The notes below the pieces were generated by a model. That model was not told where the DNA came from. It worked only from the letters and a program-made list of their open reading frames with translations, and ran no database searches. Shown one piece after another: positions 48,923-61,908 of a DNA stretch of 64,000 nt. Within the stretch, counting starts at the first letter, position 1. Each line of letters opens with the position of its first letter. The stretch is from the NCBI GenBank assembly GCA_965223855.1, contig CBDCXM010000009.1, forward strand, positions 2,656,001 through 2,720,000, given 5' to 3'. Both the position numbers and the translations under genes were made by a program. This stretch comes from Candidatus Multivoradales bacterium. GTDB lineage: Bacteria; Acidobacteriota; Thermoanaerobaculia; Multivoradales; JAHEKO01.

Positions 48923-49369
48923 ATGCGGGTGATCTTGCAGCGGGTGTCGCGGGCGAGGGTGGTCGTCGCCGGTGAGAGCGTGGGCGAGATCGGCAACGGG
49001 CTGGTGGCGCTGGTCGGAGTCGAGGTCGGCGACCGCGTCGAACAGGCGGAGAAGGCCGCTTCCAAGGTGGCGAAGCTGCGGGTGTTTCCGGACGGGGAGA
49101 AGGAGTTCTCCGACTCGGTCCTGGACGCCGCAGGGGCTGTGCTCGTCGTCTCCAACTTCACCCTGGCGGCGAAGCTCGACAAGGGGAGGCGCCCGTCCTT
49201 CGACCGCGCGGCTCCCGCGGCGGAAGCCGAGCCGCTCGTCGAGGCCTTCGCGAAGGCGCTGGAGGAAGAAGGAGTGACGATCGAGACCGGTCGCTTCAGG
49301 GCTCACATGGAAGTCGAGCTGGTCAACGACGGGCCGGTGACGCTGGTGGTGGAGACCGCCCGCGAGTAG
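48923..49369 (+). CDS. dtd: D-aminoacyl-tRNA deacylase
   Basis: LQRVS, LRVF, SNFTL, KGRRPSF, NDGPVT. Confidence 0.96.
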   Translation: MRVILQRVSRARVVVAGESVGEIGNGLVALVGVEVGDRVEQAEKAASKVAKLRVFPDGEKEFSDSVLDAAGAVLVVSNFTLAAKLDKGRRPSFDRAAPAAEAEPLVEAFAKALEEEGVTIETGRFRAHMEVELVNDGPVTLVVETARE

Positions 49370-49389
49370 GACCTCGAGAGTTGGCCGCC

Positions 49390-49911
49390 ATGCGGATTCC
49401 GGACACGTCGCTCGCAACCTTCGCCGTCGCCGTCGTGGTTTCTCTCCTGCTCCTCCCGACCTGCCGGGCGACCTTCGGGCCGAGTCGACAGAGGTTGCTG
49501 GTGGCGACGGTGGCGGTCCAGAGTGGGCCTGTGGCGTGCTCCTACCAGCTGGATACCGATGCTCCGCTCGCAGCGACTCTGCCCTTCATACGAGAGATCT
49601 GGGTCGCAAGTCGATCCGGTGAACCGGCCGAAGCTGTCTGGAGATCGATCGACGCCGATCCAAGCTCTCTGTCCTGGCGCTCTCTGTCGTCGGGATCGGG
49701 ATGGGTCCTGGAAGTTGAAGTCGATCGCGCGGCCGGTCCGAAACTTTCCGAGTACCCGCGAGTTCGGGTGGAGACCACCGTGGTGCGCGATTCTTCGCCT
49801 TACCCATTGACAGGCGACTGGGAGCCCTTCGACGGGCGCAGATGCCCAGCCGTGACACAGTACTGCCGGGTTCCGGGCGGGCGGGTGAACGACCGGGTGC
49901 CGGGTGACTAG
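49390..49911 (+). CDS. Hypothetical protein with N-terminal signal/TM segment
   Basis: Hydrophobic N-terminus; fills the gap after dtd; weaker codon bias than neighbours. Confidence 0.5.
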   Translation: MRIPDTSLATFAVAVVVSLLLLPTCRATFGPSRQRLLVATVAVQSGPVACSYQLDTDAPLAATLPFIREIWVASRSGEPAEAVWRSIDADPSSLSWRSLSSGSGWVLEVEVDRAAGPKLSEYPRVRVETTVVRDSSPYPLTGDWEPFDGRRCPAVTQYCRVPGGRVNDRVPGD

Positions 49912-49968
49912 AGAGGCCGGATCGGCAGGTGCCAGGTGAATAGTCAAGCACCGGCTGGCACGGCTCGG

Positions 49969-51381
49969 ATGAGGAGTACCCGATCGGGGCGGGTCTTCGG
50001 GGGGGTGGCCCTGTTTCTCTCCCTCCTGTTCTTCGGATGCTCGCCTGCCGACAGACCGGACGATGGCCCCGCGATCGCGCTGAGCGGGGTGACGGTCATT
50101 GATGGCACTGGCGGACAGCCCCTACTTCGCCAGACGCTGCTGCTGAAGGGGGGGCGGATCGCTGCCGTGGGCGCGACGGATGAGGTGCAACTCCCGTCCG
50201 GAACGGACGTTTGGAACCTCGCCGGACACTACGTGGTACCCGGGTTCGTCGATCTGCATGTTCACTTCCCGGAGGACGGCTCCGTCCACCAGGCGATGCT
50301 TTCTCGTCTGCTCGAGTACGGCGTGACGACCCTTCTCAACCCGGGTGCTCGCCCCGGTGCCGGTGTCGAGCTCCGAGAGCGGATCGCTCGGGGAGAGCTG
50401 AAGGGCCCGCGGATGTTCGCGGCCGGTCGGATCATCGATCACTCGCCGACGCTGCCCGACTTCGGCAGCTGGGCTGCACAGGTGACGACCGAGGAGGCGA
50501 TTCGCGCCGAGGTCGCCGCGCAGGCCGCTCTCGACGTCGATTTCGTCAAGTTCTACCGGCATCTGCCGCGCGAGCTCCTCGCGGCGGGAGTCTCAGCCGC
50601 CCACGAGGCTGGATTGCCCGTCGTCGGGCACATGGGAGACGTGACCTGGAACGAGGCCGCCCGAATGGGTGTCGAGATGCTGGTCCACTCGGGGTGGGGT
50701 ACGCCGATGGACGAGGTGATCACACTCGACGACCCGGAGTCGGCTTCGGATACCGATTGGTACCGGGCCTACGCGGACGCCGCCGGCGGGGAGCGCCTGG
50801 CCTCCCTGATCTCGACTTTGATCGCTCACGATGTCGTCGTCGTACCGACGCTTTCGATCACTCAGGCGTCGGGGCTCGGTGCGGACGCGACCCTGCTGCC
50901 GCTCTTCCAGGTCGAGCTGGCGCCCGACGCGGAGATCGCCGATTGGTGGACTCCGGGTTGGCGGACTCGCCATCCGCAGTACGAGCCGGACAGCAAGGAG
51001 GAGGCCGAGGCGATGGCCAGGTACTACTGGCCGGGTGTCCTCGGCATTCTCGCCGCCTACCACGAAGCCGGCGTCCGGCTCGCGGTAGGCACCGATGTCG
51101 GCAATTCGTGGATGACACCGGGGGTCGTCTTCCACCACGAACTCGGGCTCTACCAGGACGCCGGCATCCCGCCGCTCGACATCCTGACCATGGCGAGTCG
51201 CAACGGCGCGGAGGCGCTGGGGATCCTCGCGGATACCGGTACGATCGAGGTGGGCAAGCGAGCCGATCTCGTCATCCTCGGCAGCGACCCCCTGGAGGAC
51301 ATCAGGAACACGCGAGACATCCGTGCCGTGATCGCGGCAGGGCGTATCGTCGCGTCGCCGGAGGGCGTGGCGTGGCAGTGA
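49969..51381 (+). CDS. Amidohydrolase-family lipoprotein
   Basis: Lipobox LFFGC, PGFVDLHVH, GVTT, VKFY, GH, VH, VGTD, GTIEVGKRADLV. Confidence 0.9.
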   Translation: MRSTRSGRVFGGVALFLSLLFFGCSPADRPDDGPAIALSGVTVIDGTGGQPLLRQTLLLKGGRIAAVGATDEVQLPSGTDVWNLAGHYVVPGFVDLHVHFPEDGSVHQAMLSRLLEYGVTTLLNPGARPGAGVELRERIARGELKGPRMFAAGRIIDHSPTLPDFGSWAAQVTTEEAIRAEVAAQAALDVDFVKFYRHLPRELLAAGVSAAHEAGLPVVGHMGDVTWNEAARMGVEMLVHSGWGTPMDEVITLDDPESASDTDWYRAYADAAGGERLASLISTLIAHDVVVVPTLSITQASGLGADATLLPLFQVELAPDAEIADWWTPGWRTRHPQYEPDSKEEAEAMARYYWPGVLGILAAYHEAGVRLAVGTDVGNSWMTPGVVFHHELGLYQDAGIPPLDILTMASRNGAEALGILADTGTIEVGKRADLVILGSDPLEDIRNTRDIRAVIAAGRIVASPEGVAWQ

Positions 51382-52958
51382 GATCCCCCGGATTGCTCGC
51401 AGTCCTGGCCATCTTCGCGCCTGTGTGGGCCGGAAGGGCTGCCGCAGAGGAGCGCTCTAGGCTCGAGCCCGTCTCGCCGACCGACGATCAGTGCGCGCTC
51501 CTCGACTCACCGGAGATCCGCGCGCAGATGGACGGCCTGCTGTTCAACCTCATCCTCCGTTGCGACCGGCAGGATCTCCTCGGGCGCGTAGCCGGTCACG
51601 GCGTCGGGGCGCAGGCGGTCGGCGACCAGGCCGGCCCGGACGTGCGGGTGCACCGGCCGGAGGACGACATCGGCCAGACCTCGACTCAGAGCGAGACGTC
51701 GATCGCCGAGAATCTCGACACCGGGACGTTCTGCGCCGGGTACAACGACTCCTGCGAGCTCAACTGCGCGGATGGCGGCGGCGGCTTCACCGGCTTCTCG
51801 CGCTCGACCGACGGCGGCCGGAGCTGGGACGATCGGGGGGCGCTCGACGCTGGATCGCGCGGCGACCCGAGCCTGGTGTGGCGACAGGTGGACGGCCATT
51901 TCTACTTTGCGACGCTGCACACCTCGGGCGGGTTGGCGCTCTATCGCTCCACCGACGACTGCCTGACCTTCTCTCTGGTCACTCTGCCGAGCTCCGGGGC
52001 CGACGACAAGGAGCTGCTGGCGGTGGACAACACCGGCGGTCCGCACGACGGCAACCTGTATCTCGTGTGGAAGGACTTCGGCGCCGGTTCGGTGCTGGGG
52101 AGCTCGCGCTCGACCGACGGCGGGATGACGTGGTCGAGTCAGGTGTCGCTGGGGCCGGGCACCGGTCCGTGGCCGGTGGTGGCGCCGAACGGCGACGTCT
52201 ACGTGGCGTACGTCGACCTGACGACGATCACCAGCACCTTCAAGGTGGCCCGCTCGACCGACGGTGGAATGAGCTACGCCCCGGTCACCGATCCTACGGG
52301 CCCGGTGGCGACGCCGCGCGACAGCGCCGCGACCTCCTCCTGCGGCCGGCTGGCCCTCAACGGCAACCTGCGCTACTTCCCGCTGCCGCAGATCGCCGCC
52401 ACCGTCGCCTCTACCTCCGCCTCGAATGGAGGGCCGGGCGTCGTGCTGCACATCGTCTACAGCTACGACCCCGACGGACAGGACGTCGGCGACACCATCG
52501 ACGTCTTCTATCGCCGGTCGGTCGACAACGGCGCGACCTGGTCGCCCGAGGTTCGTGTGAACGACGACGTGACGAGTCGGGACCAGTACGGGCCGGCGCT
52601 CTTCGCCAGCGGCAGCGAAGTGATCGTCGACTTCTACGACCGCCGGCTCGACCCCGGCAATCTGCTCTTCGACCGCTATCGCGCAAGCTCTTCGGACGGC
52701 GGCCTCACCTGGGAGGCGAACGAGCGGCTTTCGGACGTCTCGTCTCCGGTGGTGCTCGACGGCGCGCTGGCGACCTGCTACCACGGCGACTACGACCAGA
52801 GTCTGATCGCCAGTACCGGAGAGCGGATCTCCCTGTGGTCGGACGATCGCGAGGCGCCCGATCTTGCGGACGTCTACTCGGACGGCGGGTCGGTGACGCT
52901 CTTCGCCGACGGCTTTGAGTCGGGAGACACGTCGGCGTGGACCGCGACCATTCCCTAG
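51378..52958 (+). CDS. Secreted sialidase-like BNR/Asp-box beta-propeller with FESGD tail
   Basis: Six Asp-box-like SxDxGxxW/F/Y motifs, GDP, DKE, GDY; signal peptide. Confidence 0.85.
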   Translation: MRSPGLLAVLAIFAPVWAGRAAAEERSRLEPVSPTDDQCALLDSPEIRAQMDGLLFNLILRCDRQDLLGRVAGHGVGAQAVGDQAGPDVRVHRPEDDIGQTSTQSETSIAENLDTGTFCAGYNDSCELNCADGGGGFTGFSRSTDGGRSWDDRGALDAGSRGDPSLVWRQVDGHFYFATLHTSGGLALYRSTDDCLTFSLVTLPSSGADDKELLAVDNTGGPHDGNLYLVWKDFGAGSVLGSSRSTDGGMTWSSQVSLGPGTGPWPVVAPNGDVYVAYVDLTTITSTFKVARSTDGGMSYAPVTDPTGPVATPRDSAATSSCGRLALNGNLRYFPLPQIAATVASTSASNGGPGVVLHIVYSYDPDGQDVGDTIDVFYRRSVDNGATWSPEVRVNDDVTSRDQYGPALFASGSEVIVDFYDRRLDPGNLLFDRYRASSSDGGLTWEANERLSDVSSPVVLDGALATCYHGDYDQSLIASTGERISLWSDDREAPDLADVYSDGGSVTLFADGFESGDTSAWTATIP

Positions 52959-53021
52959 CAACGGTTGCCCCGGCCCCGCCCTCTGGGGAGCCTGAGTGAA
53001 GCGCGGTGGGTCTTCGAGGCC

Positions 53022-54848
53022 CTAGTGCACCTTCTCCATTCTCACGACTTCGCCGTCGCCGCCCTCGAAGGAGAGGTGCGTGACCGTACCGGAATCGTCG
53101 AACTCGAACCTGAAGTCGGTGTCGATGAACCATGGAAAATCGATGTAGAAGAGACCTTCCGAGACCGGATGAAGCGGAAATCCGTTGCCGTCCCAGCGGA
53201 TCTGGAGGACTGCGTTGGCCGCGACGACCTCGCCGGCGGCATCGAGAGACTCGATCGTCTCGCGGTGGAGGATGCGCCAGATCTCTCGATCCCGTCGTTC
53301 GTACTCGCCGACGTAGCGGCGTGCGGCCTCCGGCGTCAGTGAGGACCGAACTCTGCGATCGCCGGCATGGGGCGGCGGGAGCTGGATGTCGAGGCGCTGC
53401 TGCGGGCGACCGAGGAAGAAGTCGACGATCGCCGCCTCTAGCTCGGGCGTGGCCACCAGCAGGTCGTTTCCATGGCCGCCGTTCTCCACGACGACGTGGC
53501 GCGCTCTGGAGAAGCCTTGCGCGACTTCCGTGGCGTTGGAGGCCGGCGTGCGGCCGTCGAGACTTCCGCTGATGAACAGCGTCTCGACGTCTGATTCAAG
53601 AGGTGCCCGGTAGGCGGGTCCTAGGTCGGCGACGCCGAGCCCTCGGGTAATCGCCAGATTGGCGAGCAGAACGCCCGATCCCAGCAGCGTCGAGCGGTCC
53701 TCTTCGAGGATTCGCTGCTTCCGCTGCGGTGAGATACCGGAGGCCGCGTCCATTGCCTCAGGCATGGCCTCCAGCCCACCGACCTCTCGCAACCGCAGCG
53801 CCGTTCCCGCGACGTCGGTGAAGTCCCCGGCTTCGAGCCGGCGATAGAGCTCAGGCAGCTGAAGGGCACTCTCAGGGTCCTGCAGCAGGTTCTGGGTCAC
53901 GGCAGCGACATCTCTCCAGCCCACCACCAGGCGAACCTCCGTGTCGGGACCCTCGAGATTATGGATGCGAATCTCCGCGGGGCTCCGCTCGAGGCGGCTC
54001 CTGACCCGTCCGATGGCGCTTCGCAGGTCGGCGCCGCCGGCCGAGGTGACGTCGAACAGCGCCTCGATCCTGCGCAGCTGCCCCTCGAACTGACTCGGCA
54101 GTTTGACCGTGTGGTCCGGCCCTTCCACCCCGGCGAGGACCATGCGTCGCACTCTGTCGGGATAGGTGCGAGCGTAGGCGAGGGCGAGATGCGTCCCATA
54201 GCTGATCCCCAGCAGGTCGAGCTGCTCGGCGCCGAGCCCGACCCTGAGCGCCTCCAGATCGGCGGCGCTCTCCATCGTGTCGTAGGCATCGAGGTCGACT
54301 CCGCGCTCGGCCCACCAGCGCGCGCACTCCGCCGCATTCGCCTGTACCAGGTCGAGGAAGGGCTCCAGCTCGAGCGGGCGATCGAGCGGGTAGGACGTTT
54401 CGAAAGGGCATTCCTCGTGTTCCGGCGTCGAGGAGTCACCGGTTCCGCGCTGGTCGAACAGAAGTACGTCACCGCTCTTCCGGAGTGCCTGGAACAGAGG
54501 GAGTCGGGAGCCCCGGCCGGCTTCGATCCCGGATCCACCCGGCCCGCCGGCCAGGTAGACGATCGGCGGCCCGCCTGCGAAGTCGGGGAGTGCGGGCAAG
54601 CGAACGAATACCAGCTCGAACACGGCCTCGTCCGCGAGACGTCGGTTCGCCGGCACCTCGAAGCGGCCGAGTTCGGCCACGACCTCTCCCTCTAGTCTTG
54701 TCTCGTAGAGGTAGGGCTCGAACGAAATGCGGCGCCCGACGGATTCGCCCTCGGCGTCCTTTTGCCCGAGAACAATCCCTAGGGCGAGCAGGACTCCGAC
54801 ACTGATCCGTCGACTCGCCCCGGCTCGAGTCTTCTCGATTCCCGGCAT
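53022..54848 (-). CDS. Secreted alpha/beta hydrolase (S33/TAP-like peptidase)
   Basis: GGPGGSG, DQRGTG, GISYG nucleophile, LDGRTP, GGHG. Confidence 0.88.
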   Translation of the reverse strand: MPGIEKTRAGASRRISVGVLLALGIVLGQKDAEGESVGRRISFEPYLYETRLEGEVVAELGRFEVPANRRLADEAVFELVFVRLPALPDFAGGPPIVYLAGGPGGSGIEAGRGSRLPLFQALRKSGDVLLFDQRGTGDSSTPEHEECPFETSYPLDRPLELEPFLDLVQANAAECARWWAERGVDLDAYDTMESAADLEALRVGLGAEQLDLLGISYGTHLALAYARTYPDRVRRMVLAGVEGPDHTVKLPSQFEGQLRRIEALFDVTSAGGADLRSAIGRVRSRLERSPAEIRIHNLEGPDTEVRLVVGWRDVAAVTQNLLQDPESALQLPELYRRLEAGDFTDVAGTALRLREVGGLEAMPEAMDAASGISPQRKQRILEEDRSTLLGSGVLLANLAITRGLGVADLGPAYRAPLESDVETLFISGSLDGRTPASNATEVAQGFSRARHVVVENGGHGNDLLVATPELEAAIVDFFLGRPQQRLDIQLPPPHAGDRRVRSSLTPEAARRYVGEYERRDREIWRILHRETIESLDAAGEVVAANAVLQIRWDGNGFPLHPVSEGLFYIDFPWFIDTDFRFEFDDSGTVTHLSFEGGDGEVVRMEKVH

Positions 54849-54936
54849 GCTCCCGCCTCCTGGTGGTCCCTTCCGGTGGCTACGCCTGTTCTACGGGAGT
54901 CGGCGGTTCGGGTTTCGGTTCAGTGACAAGTCCAAC

Positions 54937-55824
54937 TCAGGCGCTGGAGTCGCCGTGCCCCGCCCGGCGGTTTTCTGCTTCGATCAGTGCCTTCGGTCCG
55001 AGCTTCCCGATCGCATAGCCGTCCGGGTGAGTGCGGTTCCTCCGGTCGGTGAAGAAGTTGGGCGTCCGGCGGGCGGGCAGCCAGCGAACGGCGCGCCCGC
55101 GTAGCTTCAGGAGACCCTGAACCGCCGTCCGCGTCGTCGCCGCGGGGCGGGGGAAGCCGAAGGCGTCGAGCATCTCGTCGTCCAGCAGTGCGTAGATGCC
55201 GCGCCGCACGATCGGCGCCACGAAGCGCGGGTACCAGCCGGCGAAGAGATCGCGGGTCGCTGAGCCGACTCGCCGGTTGGCTTCGGTGAAGCGGAAGTTG
55301 GCCTTCTCGTAGTCCCTTGACCACGCCTCGAACGCTTCGTAGGTGGCCGGGATGTCGGTGATGCCCATGCGGCTGCCGATTTCGAACCAGAAGCGGTAGT
55401 AGCCGAGCTTCTCGTTCCGACAGGTCGGCCGCCAGCCGTAGCGGTCGATCCAACGGATCGGCTCGTAGACGAAGGTCGAGAGGACGTAGAGGAAGTCGTC
55501 GTTCCTGATCTTGTAGTGCCCGTGGGCCCAGTTGATTCGCTCGAGCGCGTCCGCACCACGGCCCTCCCGATACCCCCACTCGCACAGTTCTGCGACGAGG
55601 ATCGCGGTGTCGTCATAGCGCCGCTGGGCGGCGCGGTAGAACTCACCCGTTCCGTCGAGCAGTGCCGAGACCGTGGGCACGCAGTAGGTGCGATAGAGCG
55701 CCAGCTCCAGCGCCCGCGTAGAGTCCCACGGGAATTCGTAGCCGAACGAGAGGTGGACGATCCGCTCGTTGTCGGTCAGGGGATCGAGGCTCTCGATCTC
55801 GCGCAGATTGTCGAATCGTCCCAT
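54937..55824 (-). CDS. Oxygenase MpaB family (DUF2236) protein
   Basis: LYRTYCVP, RYDDT, INWAH, LYVLSTFVYEP, MGITDIP. Confidence 0.85.
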   Translation of the reverse strand: MGRFDNLREIESLDPLTDNERIVHLSFGYEFPWDSTRALELALYRTYCVPTVSALLDGTGEFYRAAQRRYDDTAILVAELCEWGYREGRGADALERINWAHGHYKIRNDDFLYVLSTFVYEPIRWIDRYGWRPTCRNEKLGYYRFWFEIGSRMGITDIPATYEAFEAWSRDYEKANFRFTEANRRVGSATRDLFAGWYPRFVAPIVRRGIYALLDDEMLDAFGFPRPAATTRTAVQGLLKLRGRAVRWLPARRTPNFFTDRRNRTHPDGYAIGKLGPKALIEAENRRAGHGDSSA

Positions 55825-56038
55825 CGGAGGCTCGCTCTGGTCGTTCGTGGGGTTTGCTTGCGCTACGAAGCCGGGCTCGATGCAGATTCCTGGTAGTCGT
55901 CCCGGCGCGAGCGAGCAGGGTAACGGAACGAGAGTGCATCCGATTCGGACCCTCGTGCGGAGGGGTAGGGGCCTGGGCGCCCTCGAGCCTGTTCGAGCGT
56001 TGCGCCATCGAGGCTTCGGCGGCCATGGGAGATACGCA

Positions 56039-56455
56039 ATGAAGAGACGTGGAGCAGAGGGCCCGTGGCAGGACGCAATGCTGGCGGTGCCGAGGGTCTT
56101 CGCCGGTCTGGTGCTCGCCATCAGCTTCGGGGCCAGCAAGTTTCCGGTGCCGGAGTGGTTCGTCACCGACGTCGGCAACCTCGGCTTCCCGCTGCCGATT
56201 CTGTTCGCCTGGGCGGCGGTGCTCGCCGAGGTCCTCGGCGGTCTCCTTCTCGCCGCCGGCTTTCTCACCCGACCCGCAGCCGCGTCGATCGTCGCCACCA
56301 TGCTGGTCGCCGCGCTGCTACAGAAGGCGGGCGACCCGCTCTGGGAGCGGCTGCCGGCCTTGTTCTTCATGGCGGTCGCGTACTACCACCTGGCCCTGGG
56401 CGGCGGGCGCTTCAGCGTCGATGGCTGGCTGCGGCGCCGCTCGCGGGGCGGATGA
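56039..56455 (+). CDS. DoxX-family membrane protein
   Basis: GFPLP, AEVLGG..GFLTRPAA, GGGRFSVD. Confidence 0.88.
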   Translation: MKRRGAEGPWQDAMLAVPRVFAGLVLAISFGASKFPVPEWFVTDVGNLGFPLPILFAWAAVLAEVLGGLLLAAGFLTRPAAASIVATMLVAALLQKAGDPLWERLPALFFMAVAYYHLALGGGRFSVDGWLRRRSRGG

Positions 56456-56580
56456 AGACACTGAGCGGAGAGTAGTCCTCACAGCGCTCACCGAGCGGCG
56501 ATCACTCACGCCCGCAGGCAAACGGTGCAGAGTGAGGTTGCCTGCCGAGGCGTGGCGACTGTCCGCAAAGGTCCGCGATG

Positions 56581-57297
56581 TCAGGAAAAGAGCTCCGGAT
56601 CCCCGGACCCGTTCCTCGCATCGACGACGGCCTGAAGCTGCTCGAACCGCTGCTCGAGTTCGCCGCGTATCGCCTCGGCTTGCTGTGCGTTCATCCGCTC
56701 GGGCATCTCGATACCTTCCCCGTACCCGAGGTCCACACGGGAGAAGGGGAGCGGCAGCAGCGTCCGGTCCCAGGCTCGGCGGAAGATGTGAGCCGGCTTC
56801 GCCGCGGCAGTCACCGGCACGATCACTCCTCCGGTCCAGCGCGCCAGGCGCACGACCCCTCCCTGCACCTTCCCCCGCGGACCTCGCGAGCCATCGACGG
56901 CGAGGGCTGCGCCCCAGCCGGGCCGGCTGCGAACCCTCCGGATCATCTCCTGGATCGCCTCCAGTCCCCCGCGACCCGACGAGCCGCGGACGACGTCCAG
57001 TCCGAGGCGTTCCTCGATCCGCGCCATCGCCTCGCCGTCGAGGCTCTGGGAGCACATGGAGACCCAGCGTCCCCGGTCCTTGCGCGACAGGCGCCTCAGG
57101 ATGGTGAAGGTGCGGCCGTGCAGGAAGGCGAGGATGACGGGTCGGCCAGTCTCCTGTGCGGCCCGGAGGTTCTCCAGGCCGGTCTCGCGGTAGCGCCAGG
57201 TGGCCTCGAGGGTCGCGAGGAAGGCGTGGGCGAGGGTCGGGACGAGGTGAAGCATCGTCCAGCGGCGTAGAGGAGAGGCTGCTTCTACGGAGGTCAT
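56581..57297 (-). CDS. DUF374 lysophospholipid-acyltransferase-like protein
   Basis: AFLHG, SLDGE, RGSSGRGG, VDGSRGP, WD..LLPLPF. Confidence 0.87.
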   Translation of the reverse strand: MTSVEAASPLRRWTMLHLVPTLAHAFLATLEATWRYRETGLENLRAAQETGRPVILAFLHGRTFTILRRLSRKDRGRWVSMCSQSLDGEAMARIEERLGLDVVRGSSGRGGLEAIQEMIRRVRSRPGWGAALAVDGSRGPRGKVQGGVVRLARWTGGVIVPVTAAAKPAHIFRRAWDRTLLPLPFSRVDLGYGEGIEMPERMNAQQAEAIRGELEQRFEQLQAVVDARNGSGDPELFS

Positions 57298-57409
57298 CGG
57301 TGGCGAGGCTGCGTGACGGGGGCGAGGGGCGGAGGAGCTGTGATCTTACCGGCGCCGACGCGCACGGTCGCTGTGGTAGAACGGCAGCTTCTCACCGAGG
57401 AGGTGCCCG

Positions 57410-60657
<3,248 letters not shown>

Positions 60658-60658
<1 letters not shown>

Positions 60659-61908
60659 TGCGAATCCCCAGGTTGCCGTTCCTGCTGCTGGCACTCGCCT
60701 GCGCGCCGGCTCAGCAGGAGGAGGCCCGGGAGGGGCAGTCTCCAGACGAGGCCGCGCCCGAGACCGCGCTCGCTCGCGCCGAGCGGATCGCCGGCGACAC
60801 GCTGCTCGTCGATACCCACATCGACGTCCCTTACCGCCTCGGCGAGGCGATGGAGGACATCTCCGTGCGCACAGACGGCGGCGACTTCGACTACCCGCGG
60901 GCCGTCGCCGGAGGGCTCGACGCGCCGTTCATGTCGATCTATGTGCCCGCCTCCTACGAGGGAGAGGGCGCCTTCGACTTCGCTGAGAGCCTGATCGACA
61001 TGGTGGAGGGATTCGAGCGCCAGTGGCCCGACAAGTTCCGGATTGCCCGCTCGGTGGCCGACGTGCGGGCGAACTTCGAGGCGGGGGTGATGTCGCTCCC
61101 TCTCGGCATGGAGAACGGCGCGCCGATCGAGGGCGACCTCGCCAACCTCGCCCATTTCCACGAGCGCGGCATCCGCTACATCACCCTCACCCACGCCGAG
61201 AACAACCACATCTGCGACTCCTCCTACGCCACCGAGCGCACGTGGAACGGGCTGTCGCCCTTCGGCCGGGAGCTGGTGGCGGAGATGAACCGGCTCGGGG
61301 TGATGATCGACGTGTCGCACGTCTCGGACGAGACGTTCCAACAGGTGCTCGATCTCACGACGGCTCCGGTGATCGCGTCTCATTCGTCGCTGCGCCACTT
61401 CACACCGGGATTCGAGCGCAACCTGTCCGACGAGATGGTCGTGCGGCTGGCCGAGAACGGCGGGGTGGTGCAGATCAACTTCGGCTCGGCGTTCCTGACG
61501 CAGGAGGCGAACGAACAGTCGAACGAGTTCTACGCGGCGCTCGGCGAGTATGCGGCCGAGAACGGCCTGGAAGACGGGGATCCGGCGCTCGAGGCGTTCG
61601 AGGAGAGCTGGTTCGAGGAGCGGCCCAAGCGCTATGCCTCGATCGCCGACGTCGTCGCCCACATCGATCGAACGGTCGAGCTGGCGGGGATCGATCATGT
61701 CGGCATCGGTTCGGACTACGACGGTGTCGGCGACTCGCTGCCGACCGGGCTCAAGGATGTTTCGACCTACCCGAACCTGATCGCGGCACTGCTCGACGGC
61801 GGCTACTCGGAGCAGGACGTGAAGAAGATCCTGAGCGGCAACGTGATGCGGGTTTGGAGCGAGGTCGAAGCGGTGGCGGCGGCCGCCGGGGCGGTGAGCG
61901 ATGGCTGA
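60658..61908 (+). CDS. Membrane dipeptidase (M19) lipoprotein
   Basis: ALAC lipobox, DTHID, GMEN, TLTH, DVSH, ASHS, GSDYDG. Confidence 0.93.
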
